From contig NC_058376.1 in the NCBI RefSeq assembly GCF_018350175.1, positions 2,046,001-2,110,000 of the forward strand: DNA of 64,000 nucleotides, given 5' to 3'. Of this stretch, positions 13,401 to 26,037 are shown piece after piece. The translations under genes and the position numbers were made by a program. The notes under the pieces are model-generated. The model was given only the letters and a program-made list of their open reading frames with translations, was not told the DNA's origin and made no database searches. Each line of letters starts with the position of its first letter. Position 1 is the first letter of the stretch. This stretch comes from Felis catus (Eukaryota).

Positions 13401-16400
13401 AGCTGCATGGGACACTGGGAGAAGTAGGGGAAGGTGCTGTCCTGGAGGTGTGCCCCGTGGGAGTCACGCCCGACACAGGAGATCAGAATCAGAACTGGTG
13501 GCTCCAACCAAAGATGGTGGTGAAGGAAAGTTCCAGAATGGGAACCAGTGCCCAGATGGCACAGGTGGGAGGTTAGGGAAGCAGGACTCCGTGCAGGTGG
13601 GCCGAACGGGATGCAGAAGTGACCATGCGGGTAGATTCCCCGGGACGGCGTCGCAGGTGCGGCATCCGCCGGGCAGGAGGGAGCGGCTCCCGAGGTGGGG
13701 GGCTGGGGAGGGGGTGCGGCGAGAGGCTGGAAGACATGGTCGTGTGCAGAGATGGGGTCTCCTTCCCCAAGAAGGAAAAAGAGGGAAGCAGGGATGGATT
13801 CCGGAAGAAGCAGCAACGAGCATCTTGTTGAACAGCCACGATGGGCAGCCCTCCGGGGCACGTGTGCGGGAAGCCATAGGCAGAGCCGTCACCGTCCAGA
13901 CTGCACGTGAGGACGGTCCCCAGGGCTGGCCCGGAGCTCCTCCCACCACTGAAACCCCCGGGCAGGGCGTGAGCTCAGCCTGGCCCCAGGCTCTGCCAGA
14001 GTGACTTTGGGGCATGGCCAGCGCGCTAGAAATGCGAACAGTGATGTCTGGATTCTAGAGCCATCCTGTGGACAAAGTCTGGGGTCCGACACTGAGTGCA
14101 TCTCTTGGGGCTCGTCAGTAGAAGGCCAAGGGCAAGGGGAGGTGGAAGGAGGGTGGGGCCCCCTGTCTTCATCCTAGAGCTGCAGTGGGGTGTGAAGAGC
14201 CCATGCCCGCACTGCTCGCAGGAATCGGAGGGGTCTCCGCAGGACCCCCTAAGGGGACAGGCAGCCGCAGCCCCCAGGCAGGGGCAGCTCTGTCTCCAGG
14301 TGCCCAGGCCGGGCGTGGGCAGCCTGGGGCTCCCCAACAGGCAGGACCAGGTGGCGCGGAGGCCCGCCCTGTGCTTGGGACACGGTTTTCCCCCTTGCTG
14401 GCAGCCTCATGCAGCCACTCTGGGATTTCCACTGAGGGCCAACTTTCTTGCTTCCCCTTTTGAAAAGCTTTTCTGCCATTTACAGAGATAATTGAAGGGA
14501 GGTCTGCGGCTGCATTTACTGGCTCCTGATTCCACCTCAGACCCATTTCACAGCTGAGAAAACTGAGGCTGGGAAGTGAGGGGACCCAGTGGGGGACACG
14601 GCTGGTACGTGCAAGAGCCAGTGCACGCAGACGAGGCCCCATCACTGGTGTGGAGGCTGGAAGGGGCCCCTGGGGATGCGTGTCTCCTCGCCCTGCCTGT
14701 GTGTGCGCCCCGTCCCCCTATCACAACAGGGTCGGGACAGGTGCTGAACTCCGCCGAGCAGACTCACCAGGGTCTTGGAAGGCAGGTGGGAGGCACTCCC
14801 GGGCTGGGGTTGCAGGAGTCTGTCCTCAGCGACACGGGCGGCGGTGGACAAGCCGGCCCGGGAGGTGGGGGGCGGCCACGCTGCATTTTCGGGCGGCATC
14901 TGAGAGCCAGCACCAGCCTGTGCCCAGGCTGGAGCTGTCCCAGCAGCCAGAGCTCTGGGGGCACCGCCACCACCCGGCCCGACGGGCGACAGCAGCCCCG
15001 CGCCCGGCCCGGAGGCCTTCTCCCGCATGCCACACCGCCTCATGCCTCGACCACACCTCCAACCCACAAAATCCCACTTTCATGTTTTGCCAACATTTTT
15101 CACATCACGTTTAAGTCCTTTTAGGTCCTGGTGATGCCTTCGTGTGTTTACGATTTGGTTTGCAGTTTGTAATGTCTTTTGTGACCGTGAGCTTTGAAGC
15201 GGGCAAGGTTGGGTGCTTTGAAGGTGTGCGCACGTGGAGAGGTGCTGACCTCGAGGAGGCCCTTTCTGGAGGCACCAGCCAGACATGGGGTGCAGTGGGG
15301 GGCAGGGGGGCGTTTGAGCAGTGGCTGTGCGCACAGATGTGCTGGGAGGGAGCCGGGGGCATCCCAGGGCTGCAGGGTTTGTGGCTCACCTGGGGCGCAT
15401 TCCTCAGCCTCCCCCCCTACGTCTCCCCACCTCTCCCACCAGGAGTTCTAGAACCTTCCTTCAGCTGGCAGAGTCCAAAGCTCCAATGACTTTGGCCCAT
15501 CGGCTTAGATCAAAGAAGGCCAGAGTTGGGGGTGTCCGGGAAGGAATGAACCCCACCCACGGGAAACCCCGCCTCCAGCTGTGGGGCCTGGGCCCGGGTC
15601 ACCCGGTGTGGACCCAGAATGGAGGGGAGAGGCGAGCGGCTGACCGAGTCAGGGTGTGGATGTGGGAGGCGGGACTGATGCATGTGCCGCTGGCAGAAAT
15701 GAGGTCCAAGAGCCAGAGGGGCCAGCTGAGCGCCCACGGGAGCCCCGGGAGAAAGGGTGTGAAGTGTGGGGAAACAGGTTGTCTGGGGGGGGGGGGCAGG
15801 CAGGCCGGGTGTGCGGCCGGGGGCGTGAAGCTGAAGTTTGTCAGAAACGTAGCTTCCACCGGGAATGTAAAGGGCCAGGAAGGAACTGGAAGACAGGCCA
15901 GAACGTTGGGTTCAGAGCCCTACCGAGGGGAGGGTCGCGTAAGAGTGCCCCTCGGTGGTCGGTGCGCCGGACAGCCCTGGGAGGAGGCTTCCTCCTGGCG
16001 ACTTCTGCGGCCAGGCAGCCTGGGGGATGGGACCCTCGCCCACTTCGGCCACCTGCATGCCACGAGGACAGCAGTGTCCCCCCGGGACCCCTTGGGGGAG
16101 CTGCCTGCGTGCCCCTGGCAGCTCACCCCGCCTCCCGTCCTGCACCCCAGGCACCCCCTGACCTCGATTCTTTGCTCCCCGAAGCCAGAACCCAAGGGCC
16201 TCCCGGCCCAGCAGCCGATCCTCTCCTTCCCGGGAGCCCACCCACCCTGGAGGGAGGTTGTAAGGGGCTCCAGGTACACCTGGCTGCCGAGTCCCCCAGA
16301 AGCGCCATTATCCCCGTGAGGTGCGTGGGCAGCCCGCCAGGCCGCGTGCTGGGGGCTGTTGGGACAGGGCACCGGGGGATTTCCACTCAGAAGGAGGGAG

Positions 16401-16764
16401 GGAGGGGCCCGCCCAGCCCAGCAGGTGCCTGGCTACCTTGCTGGGTGCCAGGCAGGGTTTGGCAGAGCTGTTTGATGTGGGAAGTTCTTCTTCTCTCTCT
16501 GATGAGTCCCTAACGTGCCTAGAATCCAGGAGCCGCCTGACATCGGGCCCCAGGCCCATACACCCCGTGCCCAGGCTGGTGCAGCCCCAGGTAGAGACTC
16601 TCCCCACTCTCACTTCTGAGCCACGGGAGCCCGGCCTCCGGCCCAGGGCGAGGGTGTTGGCCCTGTTCCGTGAGGGCCGCTGGCAGACCCGTGCGGGGAG
16701 GAGGGGTCGCTGACGGCCAACGGCCATGATCGGGGAGACCTCGTGTGGGCCTCTGCCACCCTCC

Positions 16765-16932
16765 GCCCAGATGAAATACAGGATGCCTCGTTCAGTTTGA
16801 ATTCCAGGTAAACAATGAATAATTTCTTGTAAAATCATGTCCCGAGTCGTGCATGGGATACACATAGACTGAAAACTCATTGTTCATCTGAAATGCAGAT
16901 TGGATGAGGCACCCCCATACTCGCCGTGGCAG
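16765..16932. mobile_element. MER53-like palindromic non-autonomous DNA transposon
   Basis: CCAGATGAAATACAGGA...TTTGAATTCCAGGTAAACAATGAATAA...TGTCCC..GCATGGGA...TCATTGTTCATCTGAAAT matches the recalled MER53 consensus, and the arms are self-complementary. Confidence 0.75.
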
Positions 16933-17211
16933 GCGCCCCAGGGCGGTGGGCGTGCGGACGAGAGCCTCGAAACCACACACACCTGAGTGCTCCCCCCACC
17001 TTACTGCCACCAGACACACCTCGTCCTTCCTCCTCCCCCGGGACCTCTTCTCCCTGTGCTCCCAGAGCCTCCCGCAGCCCCTCCGTGCTGGGACTGAAGA
17101 CAGGTGAGCAGGCCGAGGGTCACTTGGAGCTGGAAGGAAGCCGTGGCGACTGGGGAGATCCCGTCCTCAGAGCAGCTCCCGGCCGCTTGTACTGCAAGGG
17201 TGGGCCCAAGC

Positions 17212-17450
17212 GCATGTGTGCGTGCAGATATGCACACGTGTGTGCATGGGTGCGTGTGCATGTCTTGTGTATGTGAGTGTGCACGGGTGTGTATGTGCCT
17301 ACACACGTGTGTGCATCCGCATGCACGCAGGCACGTGCATGTGTGTATACAGGTGCGTGTGTGTGCGTGTTTGTACAAGGTGCGTGTGTGTGCACAGGTG
17401 CAGGTCTGTGTGTGCAGGTGTGTGTGCAAGCATGTGCGTTTGCAAGTGTT
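17212..17450. repeat. Degenerate (TG)n/(TGCA) purine-pyrimidine alternating tract
   Basis: Direct reading of the sequence. Confidence 0.9.
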
Positions 17451-19149
17451 AGTTTCCCAGTGACGTGGCTTCTTCAGCACAGGGCTGGGGGAGCGTGTGA
17501 TGTTCTGATGACTCCCGTTCGGTTTCTGGAAAGTCACGGAGCCGCAGGCGGAACTCTGCACGCGTGGGTCCTGAGCAGGTGTCACAGAGAGGATGGAACT
17601 GAAGACTCCATGGGCCCCAAGTGTCTCAGAGCCTCCTCAGATGTTGTGAGGTGGCCCCAGGGGACGGAAATCGTGCCACCTCGTGGAGCCACAGCCACGA
17701 CAGGACAAGCTCATCCAAGAAAGCTTTAGCCCGGCTCCTGGCCCCCACAGGGAGGCAGTGACTGCCAGGTGTCCTGGCCCCTTGTCCTTGTCCTTGTGGC
17801 TCTTATTCTTTTAGCCGAAACTCGCCTGTTTCTGCTCCTCAGGACAGGTCCGGACCCGTTTCTAGAGCAGCAGAACTGGGAGCCCAAGCGGGGCGAGGCC
17901 TGTCCTCCGTCAGGGCCCTGTTGGCTGGGTCACGGCAGGCAACGGCGCCCTCTGCTGGGCGTGGAGAGAATGCCGCCTCGTCAGGCCAGAGTTTGTTCTT
18001 TGTCCCGCGGCCGGGGTTGGCTCGGCTCTGAGGCTGACGGGGGACGGGGCAGCACATCCCGAATCTGCACGTGGGCAAAGTGACAGACGTGCCGAGGAGG
18101 GGCAGGCACGTGAGGCCTCGCTGGGCATTGTGTAGCCAGGGAGGGACGCGGTGGCGGGTCACAGGCACGCTCCTGCCGTACGGCCAGCTCCGGCCCAGCC
18201 AGGACAATCTGGGACCCGCCCCCCGGCCGGACGCAGTGTCCCCAGGGGAGCAGCCCGGTCCCCAGCCTGCCCGCTGCGTGGCTTTGGGCATCCCCTCGCC
18301 CCTGGGCTCGGTCCTAGTCCACACAAAGGAATCCCCCTAGACCCCGGCCCTGAGCACGGCCCCAAAATGTGCAGGGCGGGGACGGTGCTAAGAGCCAACT
18401 GTTGCCCAAACACAAGGAGTGTCCCTGTGTCCGGGGCCGCGACGGCCAGCAGGATGTGTGGAGGTGACCTCCCGTCCTTAGCACGCTGCAGGGGTTCCCC
18501 AGCAACGTGCCTCAGACACTGACCCAAAGCACCGAAGACAAATCTTTTTCTTGCCTCCGAGGTGCCTGTGGACACAGATCCTGGATCTATTGTCCTGTTC
18601 CAGCTTTCTCGGTGGCCGGAAAAGCTGAAAGTTAGCCTTGGAAGGAAGGAACGGACCCTCTGCCTTCCACCACGCTTCATTCTCACAGGCCCCACCCCCA
18701 CGCTTTCTGCCCCCACCCCCCCACACACACACACAGCTCCCCACTACCCCCTGCCGCCGGGCAGGGGCACCCAGAACACGCCGAGCGCCTCCTCTGGGCT
18801 CCACCACGGCCCCACGGAAGATTCGAGATGAGGAGAAAACGTTTGCTTTTGTCAGCATTTTTACACATTGGGTGCGAAGTGATGTCTCTGTGTGGTTTAA
18901 AGTTGTTAATTCCCTGAGGACTCAAGATAGGGGGCGTGTGTCCATGCATTTATTGGCTTTCTGTACTTTCATTTGGGAAATGTCTTTTGTCCTTATTTTA
19001 ATTTTTTTTTTTTTTGCCTTTTCATTATTGAAAGACAGCTGTGCTCACCACTATGCCACCAACACGCCTTTTCACTATTGACAACGTAGGAGTAATAGCC
19101 CTGTGACAATATAATGTTATCCCTGCCTGTGTGTCGGGCTGCTGTGCAA

Positions 19150-19247
19150 CCTGTGTGCGCACGTGTGTGTACGTGTGTGCAAGCGCGTGCGTGCATGTGT
19201 GTGCGTGCACGTGTGTGCGCATGTGTACATGTGGGTGCTGTGTGTGC
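19150..19247. repeat. Degenerate (TG)n/(CG) alternating tract
   Basis: Direct reading of the sequence. Confidence 0.85.
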
Positions 19248-19399
19248 TTGCTTTAGACGCCCGGGATCTGTCAGTATTTTGCTGTGAACGCTCGGCTGTC
19301 TGTATACGCCCAGAGCTCACCTTCCCGCGCCCTTGAGCATTCGCGCGGCAGACCCTGGCTCGGCCCGGCGGGGCCCGCCCTCAGCCCTGGCAGTGGCCT

Positions 19400-20130
19400 C
19401 CAGCTTTCCTGCAAGGCAGGGCTGCTGGCAATCATTCTGTCGCTTCTGTCTGAAAAGGGCTTCATTTCACTTTCATTTGTGAAGGATAATCTCACCAGTT
19501 TTCGAATTCAGAGCTCACACACTTTGAGGATGTCTCTCCGTTGACGCTGGTCTCCGGTGAGAAGTCCGGGGTCACGGGCACGGCCGTCCCTGCGCGGATG
19601 TAGCGAATGTGTCTTCTCCCGCTGCCTTTGAGGTTCTCGCCTTGTCTTCTGTTTCAGTGATTTGAGCACCACGTGTCTGGGCGTGGATTTTTGTGTTTAT
19701 TCTGCGTTGGGTCTCTGATCTCGGATCTGTGGTTTGGTGTTTTTAATCAAATGTGGGAAGATTTTGATTTAAAGGTTTTCTTCTGCCTCATTCTCTTTTC
19801 CTTCTGGAAGGTCCAGCTGTATGTGCGTTGGATCGCGTTGCATTATCCCCGTTCTGTTCATGTTTGTTACCATCCCCTTTGTGTGTTTCAGTTTGGGTAA
19901 CCGCCAGGGGTCTCCCTTCTGGCTCCCTGCCGCCCTCTGGACGGCCGGCCGGGTGGCTCCCCGTCCCAGCCCTTTTCCCTACACTCTCATCAGAGTCATC
20001 GTGGCTTGTGCAGCTTCAGTATTGGCACCGTTGGTACATTTCTGTCCAGTATTTTCTCTTGATCAGGGGTCATGCTTGCCTTCTGCTTACACTTCTGGCC
20101 TCTCGCCTGTTGTTTGTCTGTGGGTCCCGG
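19400..20130 (-). mobile_element. Decayed ancient L1 (L1M-type) fragment
   Basis: GCAGGGCTGCTGGCAAT...TGTCTGAAAAG...TTCACTTTCATTTGTGAAGGATA is typical of antisense L1M; T-rich. Boundaries approximate. Confidence 0.55.
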
Positions 20131-20568
20131 GAAACTCGCCCCATGTGTGCAGTTCAGGAGCCAGACAAGGACTTGAGAGAGGTTAACGGGGAGACATCGG
20201 GGCTCCCCCTTCTGAGCCTCCCTCCTCTCTCGGATATGCCCCTTCTGCCTCTAGACACTCTGGGAACTCCAGACTCTCCCCTCAAGACCCCCAGCCAGTC
20301 AGCCTGCTGCACCCACCCGAGTGCAATGCCCACGTGCGGTGGGACAAGGACAGTCCTCAGAGGAAAAGTCAGACAAGCACACACCTTGTGCATGTGATTC
20401 CCTTTGTTCAAGGGTCGCGGCCCCTCCGGTTTCTGCCTGCCCTTGGCCACTCTCCAGAACCTTCCGATAGTTGCATGCACAGTCGTGTTTACAGTTGCTT
20501 TTGGCAGGGGTCAGTCTAGCAGGCAGCCCTCTGCCACCATCAGAAGCCGAAAGTCAGGAGGCAAACTT

Positions 20569-20783
20569 CAAAAAAAAATTTTTTTTAACGTTTATTTTTG
20601 AGAGAGAGAAACAGAGCACAAGCAGGGGAGGGGCAAAGAGAGAGAGAGAGAGAGAGACAGAATCCAAAGCAGGCTCCAGGCTCTGAGCTGTCAGCCCTGA
20701 CGTGGGGCTTGAACCCATGAACCATGAGATCGTGACCTGAGCTGAAGTCGGACACTTAACCAACTGAGCCCCCCAGGTGCCCC
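20569..20783 (-). mobile_element. Can-SINE with target-site duplication
   Basis: SINEC body; TSD GGAGGCAAACTT at 20557-20568 and 20785-20796. Confidence 0.93.
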
Positions 20784-21841
20784 TGGAGGCAAACTTTTAA
20801 AGACAACCTCAATGCAAAGTGTGCCACTGGAGAGTTTCTGCAGCTCTCACCAGCCCGTGGGGACAGATGGGGTCAACAGAACCCCCTTCCCGCAGACATG
20901 GGAACTGAAGGCCCGGCAGCCTGCACTTGCCGTGGCTCAGGCTCCCCTGGGTGTTGACATGCTCTCCCATCGGCCACAGACCCCGCCCCGGGGAGCGACC
21001 ACGTTCTCCCTCTCCTCGGCCCCTACCATTTGCTGTCGCCCAAAGGGCCTCTCCCTGTGCCCGCCCCTGGATTTCCCGGGAAAATGTCTCCGTTTATTTC
21101 CACCCCCGCCCTCTCCCTCCAGGGCTCAGACCCAGGGCCCGGACCCGGACCCCTCGGGTCCTCTCCTTCCCTGCACCACCTGCGTCACCACAATCCCTGA
21201 GATGCTGGCCATAAACCGGACATGAACTTCCTCCTCGTGGGCCCCACGTGCAAATCAGCGCGTGCAGCTGGAGGTCGGGGCAAAGGCTCCACGGCTCGCC
21301 ACTCGTGTCCAAGTCCGCCCCGTTGTGCCACGTGCGTCTCACCCCCGAGGGCTGTAAGTGATTTGTGGACGAGCAGCCTGCATGGGAGCCCAGAGACGGG
21401 GCTGCCGCCGGGGTCCGAAGAAAGCCTCAGGCCAGGGAGAGCGTGTGGTGAGGAACACAAGTATCTAGAGGCTGCTCCCGAGTTCAGAGCCAGGACTGGA
21501 GGAAGCAGGGAGGGCTCGCTCCCTGGAAGAGGTGTCATAGCAGCTGGAGGGGCAGCATTGCACATGGGGGAGTGGGGGACTCAGAAGGCTAAGGGGCACT
21601 TTGCACAGATGACCTCTTCGGGCGTGGGTGCAGCTGGGCACCCACCCTCGGGACAGGAGTGGTGGCGACGAGGCCGGGAAAGCGAGCGAAGCCAGACGGG
21701 GACCGCCACCCCACTGGTGCGTGCAGCGCAGCGAGGCCCCAGCCGCGTCTGCGGGTTAGGGGTGTCTCCCCGCGGCCGCACCAGGACCCTTCCGAGGGCC
21801 TCTCTTCACGCCCGCCCCCCGCACTCCTCTTTCTGTCCCAG

Positions 21842-22029
21842 ACGTTCGGCGCCGCGGACTGGGAGGTGTTTCACATCGGAGAGAGGGTCTTCCTGGCCGT
21901 CGCCAACAGTCACAGCTACGACGTGGAAATGGAAGCACGCAACGACTCCTACGTCATCAACTCGGTCATCTACGAGCTGAATGTCACCGCGCAGACCTTC
22001 GTCAGGTTCCAGGAGATCACCACCTGCAG
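21842..22029 (+). CDS. TSPEAR: TSPEAR exon 10 (188 nt; EAR repeats)
   Basis: Acceptor ttctgtcccag|; reads [62 protein letters not shown]; donor AG|GTGCGC. Confidence 0.96.
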
Positions 22030-22509
22030 GTGCGCCTCGAGGCTGGGGGCCGGCTAGAAGGGCAGGGCACGGCGTCCCAGGGGCTCTGGGGCGTCGGCTG
22101 CCTGCGCTGCCCGCTGGGGCCCACCCGGCGGAGGCGGCACGGCTCTGAGCCCCGCGCGAGACTCCCAGGGCACCCGCGGCGGCCGCTGGGGGCGTGACGT
22201 GGCCTCACTCCTCAACACGTTGCCAACCTCCCGCTGGGCCCGCTGACGGACTCCGTGGCCTCTGGATTGCGAGTCTGCACGACGAGCAACCGTCTCGAAT
22301 AAGCTTCGACTTGGCAAACGCGCGACGTCTTGCCACACGCCCAGCGTCACGTGACCCCAGCTGAGCCAGCGGTTCTTGAAATGTGCTTTGAGATACGAGT
22401 GCTTTGGATGACGAGCCTGTTTCCAGGGCGAACTGCGCTCGAGATCAAAGTTTTACTGTATTTGTGGGCTCGGCTCTCACCGCTTTCCAACACTGTGGCT
22501 GGTTGGTTG

Positions 22510-22870
22510 GCTGCGATTCAGTGATCTTTATTAAATTCACAGAGATGTGCAACCACCACCAGGTAACTTGGAACGTTTCCATCACCCCAAGAAGAACCCC
22601 TACCATTCAGCTGCCCCTCCTGCCCCCACCCCAACCCTGGCAACCAGGCTCTACTTTCTGTCTCCACGGGGTTCCCCATTCTGGATGTTTTCAAGACGTG
22701 GAGTCATATGGGAGGTGGCCTTTGGTGCCTGGCCGCTGTCACTCAGCGTGGTCCTCAAGGTTCACACACGCTCCGGTGTGTGTCAGCACTCGCGGAAGAA
22801 TACTCCATTATGCGTGGGCGGATCCGTTTTGTGTACCCCCTAGATGATGGACATGTGGGTCTCTCCACCT
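22510..22870 (-). mobile_element. L1MB-like 3' fragment
   Basis: ATTCACAGAGATGTGCAACCACCACC...TTTCCATCACCCCAA...CCCTGGCAACCA...CTACTTTCTGTCTC. Confidence 0.7.
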
Positions 22871-23689
22871 TGACCAAACGGTGTGGCTCTGGAGGACAGA
22901 GATAAACCCGTTCTGGGGGCTCAGCAGGGACTCACGGCTGGACGCCTCCGTTTCTACCGCGTTAAAGCAAAGCTGGCCTCTGCTAGGAGTCTGGTGCAGA
23001 CAGCGTGAGTCCCACGCGCCTTGACTCGAGAACCCGCCGCCTCTGGACGACTACCTCCCGGGGCACCACCCGGCCCGTCACCCGCGGCCACACCGCACAG
23101 GCGAAGACGTGGCCGGACTCTCCTCGGGGAGCACTTTGGAGCCGAATCAAAACTGGCCGTCACTGGAGGCGGCCCTAGACAAGAACCTGGTGGTGGAAGA
23201 GAAGAGGCGATGCCCCCGAGTGTCCCAGGGGCCGCGTGAGCCCCCTGCTTTAGGCCAGCGCCTCGGCCCCCGCAAGGAAGGAGCCCAGAGGCAAGTCCGC
23301 AGTAACACGGGTGGCCCTCCACCCCCTGAACAGGCCACGGCTCTGAGCTGCTGGACGCAGACACACTGGCCTGGCCTTGGGCGCCCGGCCGCATCCTGCC
23401 TGCCGCACAGCGGTGGCCTCGGCTTCCCCATCCAAGAGGAGTGCGGCGGCAGGGGGTGGGGCGTGGGATGAGAAACAGAGCTTCTGAACGCAGGAGGAAG
23501 TTTCTGTGTCGGCACCTGAGCAGGTACCAAGCAGGGAGCCGAGGGGCAAGCCCGCGTCCTCACTCCTGCCTCCAGGGGCTCTGCACGCCCCCGCGGAGTG
23601 ACCGCAAGCTGGGGACCTCTTCTCCGCTGGCTCCCCGCTCTTCACAGTGACGGAGTTTTGCCTTCGTTCCTCGGCAGCACAAGCACCCG

Positions 23690-24095
23690 TGGACGGACGG
23701 AGGGATAAGCAAACCGCCCCTCCACACGGTGGAGGGTCATCCGGCCTTGAAAGGGCTGTGACGCAGGCCACCACACGGCGGACCTCGAGGACGTCATAGC
23801 GAGTGAGATAGGCCAGTCACCAAAGGACAAAAACGGTGTGATGCCACTCGTACGAGGCCCCTCGAGCTCGCAATTCAGAGACGGGGAGCGGGGTGGGGGC
23901 CAGGGCTGGGGGCGCGGGGTTAGTGTTTCACGGGGACGGAGGCTCAGTTTGGGGACCCGAGAAGTTTCCGGAGACGGACAGTGGCGATGTTAGACAGTGT
24001 TATTAACGTACTTAACACTGCTCGACTGTATGCTTGAAAATGGACGGGATGAAAATTTGATGCCATTTGTATTTTATGATTTAAATTCAAAAAAC
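23690..24095 (+). mobile_element. L1MB-like 3' end
   Basis: AGTGAGATAGGCCAGTCACCAAAGGACAAA...GTGATGCCACTCGTACGAGG...ACTTAACACTGCTCGACTGTATGCTTGAAAATGG. Confidence 0.7.
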
Positions 24096-24262
24096 GTTTT
24101 TAAAGTGAACGACCAGTTCGCACCTCCCCGGAACGGACCCATGCACCGTGTCACGAAATCGCTCTGGATCTTGGGTGGGCAGTGGGCCTGGGGTTCTGCG
24201 CCTGGGGGAACGGGCTGGAAGCCAGATGCCTGCCGCTGATGCCTGCTCACCTGTCTCCACAG

Positions 24263-24364
24263 CGCTCTGGACTGGGAGTTTTTCTCGGTGGGAGAAGATT
24301 ATTTCCTGGTGGTCGCAAACTCCTTCGACGGAAACACCTTCTTGGTAAACAGTATTATTTACAG
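24263..24364 (+). CDS. TSPEAR: TSPEAR exon 11 (102 nt)
   Basis: Acceptor tgtctccacag|; manual translation (S)[33 protein letters not shown](R); donor AG|GTAAGG. Not in the ORF track. Confidence 0.95.
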
Positions 24365-24859
24365 GTAAGGAGCCTCCGAGGGCCACCCCCTTCCACACAG
24401 CCTGGGTTTGTCGGCAGTGGGGTGAGCGCCGGCCGCAGCCAGGCACAGGCGGGCAGTCTGTGGGTCCCCTCAGAGCAGGCCAAGTCTGGGTCATGCCCCG
24501 GGGTCAGCCGGGTGGCCCGCTGGTCACGCAGACGCCCCCACCGTCGGATCCTGGCCGCAGGCACGGTATTCCGACACCGTGCCTTGAGAGTTCGCGATAT
24601 TTCATCCTATGAAATGTTCCCGTCCAGGACTGTGGCAGCTCTGTCCCCATGTCAGATGTCCTGCCTTTCCTCACACACGCACCGGGGCGCTGTCTTGAAG
24701 TCGCCTCTGGGAGGTTTTCGAGTTGTGTGAGCACAACACCTGGGACGTTTCCCTTTCTATCTCCAGCTGTTGATCATGACGTTTTCCACCTGCCCCCCCA
24801 GACTGGGATAGTTCAAATAGTAAGATGTATCTACTTTCTTTGTGGTTAGCTTAAATTCT

Positions 24860-25304
24860 TTTTTTTTAATTTCTTTTTTACATTTTTATTTTTTTTTTTA
24901 ATTTTTTTAACGTTTATTTATTTTTGAGAGAGAGAGAGACAGAGCATGAATGGGGGAGGGTCAGAGAGAGGGAGACACAGAATCCGAAACAGGCTCCAGG
25001 CTCTGAGCTGTCAGCACAGAGCCCGACACGGGGCTCGAACTCACGGACTGCGAGATCATGACCTGAGCCGAAGTCGGCCGCCCAACCGACTGAGCCACCC
25101 AGGTGCCCCGATTTTTATTTATTTTTGAAAGACAGAGCACAAGCAGGGGAGGGGCAGAGAGAGAGGGAGACACAGAATCCGAAGCAGGCTCCGGGCTCCG
25201 AGCCGTCAGCACAGAGCCCGACGCGGGACTCGAACCCTCAGACGGTCAGATCATGACCTGGGCCGAAGTCAGACCCTTAACTGACTGAGCCATCCAGGAA
25301 GTCC
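24860..25304 (-). mobile_element. Two nested Can-SINEs (inner about 24892-25109, in the tail of the outer)
   Basis: Outer TSD GCTTAAATTCT at 24849-24859 and 25307-25317; inner flanks ATTTTTATTT at 24882-24891 and 25111-25120. Confidence 0.9.
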
Positions 25305-26037
25305 TGGCTTAAATTCTCTTATAAAGCCACTGGGGCTTTGTTCGCGTTCAATAGCGTCTCTTGAACAACTTGCCCAATTTCTCCCAGGGTTATCAGTGAA
25401 GTCAGTTTTTTCTTTTACCTGTTCTCCAGACAATTTTGGTCATCTATATCTTACTAGAAAAATCACCAAGTTTCTTTAGCCTGTTTGATTTACTAGAAAG
25501 TAGAATTTTTAACATGACAAAGTAGTTTTGAAATTCATGTGGAAGAATAAATTTTTAAATGTGGCCAAGAAGATTTTGAAAAAACACAGTGGGGGAGGAG
25601 GCCCTCAGACAATGGAAACACAGCAGGTGGTTTCTGCGAAAACTAAACACGCAGGCGGGAAGGCATATAGTCCAGAAGAGAAGCCAGCAATTTGTGAACA
25701 TTTAATGTGATAAATGTGTTTCAAGTCAATGAGGAAAGCATGTGCTATGTGTTACTTAATAAGTAATTGTGTATAATTTCCTATCCGTCCGGAGGAAAAC
25801 ACAGCCATACCCTGCTGCATATTATACACAGAAATAAACTTTACAGGGATTAAAAATCTAACTGTAAGCAAGTAAACAACAGAAATATTAGCAGAAAAGC
25901 TAAGACAACTTTGACCGCAAGCTTACCCAGGAGGGCGCAACGCCTCCGTAAACAAGGCCTGTGCAAGGTTGCCGGGAAGATACCCTAAACTTCAGGGTTC
26001 TGGGGGAAAAGGCATCCTATTCACAAAGAAAACTATT

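Noticed and set aside
11930-16513. ORFs of about 285-332 aa in TSPEAR intron 9
   Set aside because: Low-complexity Gly/Pro/Arg composition, mostly non-ATG starts, partial overlap with decayed repeat; expected by chance at this GC content.
17001-17729. Cys/Val-rich ORFs resembling keratin-associated proteins (KRTAP genes lie within TSPEAR in human)
   Set aside because: They derive from a TG repeat and lack KRTAP CCxP pentapeptides. The KRTAP cluster lies in the first TSPEAR intron, upstream of this window. The same applies to 29909-30998.
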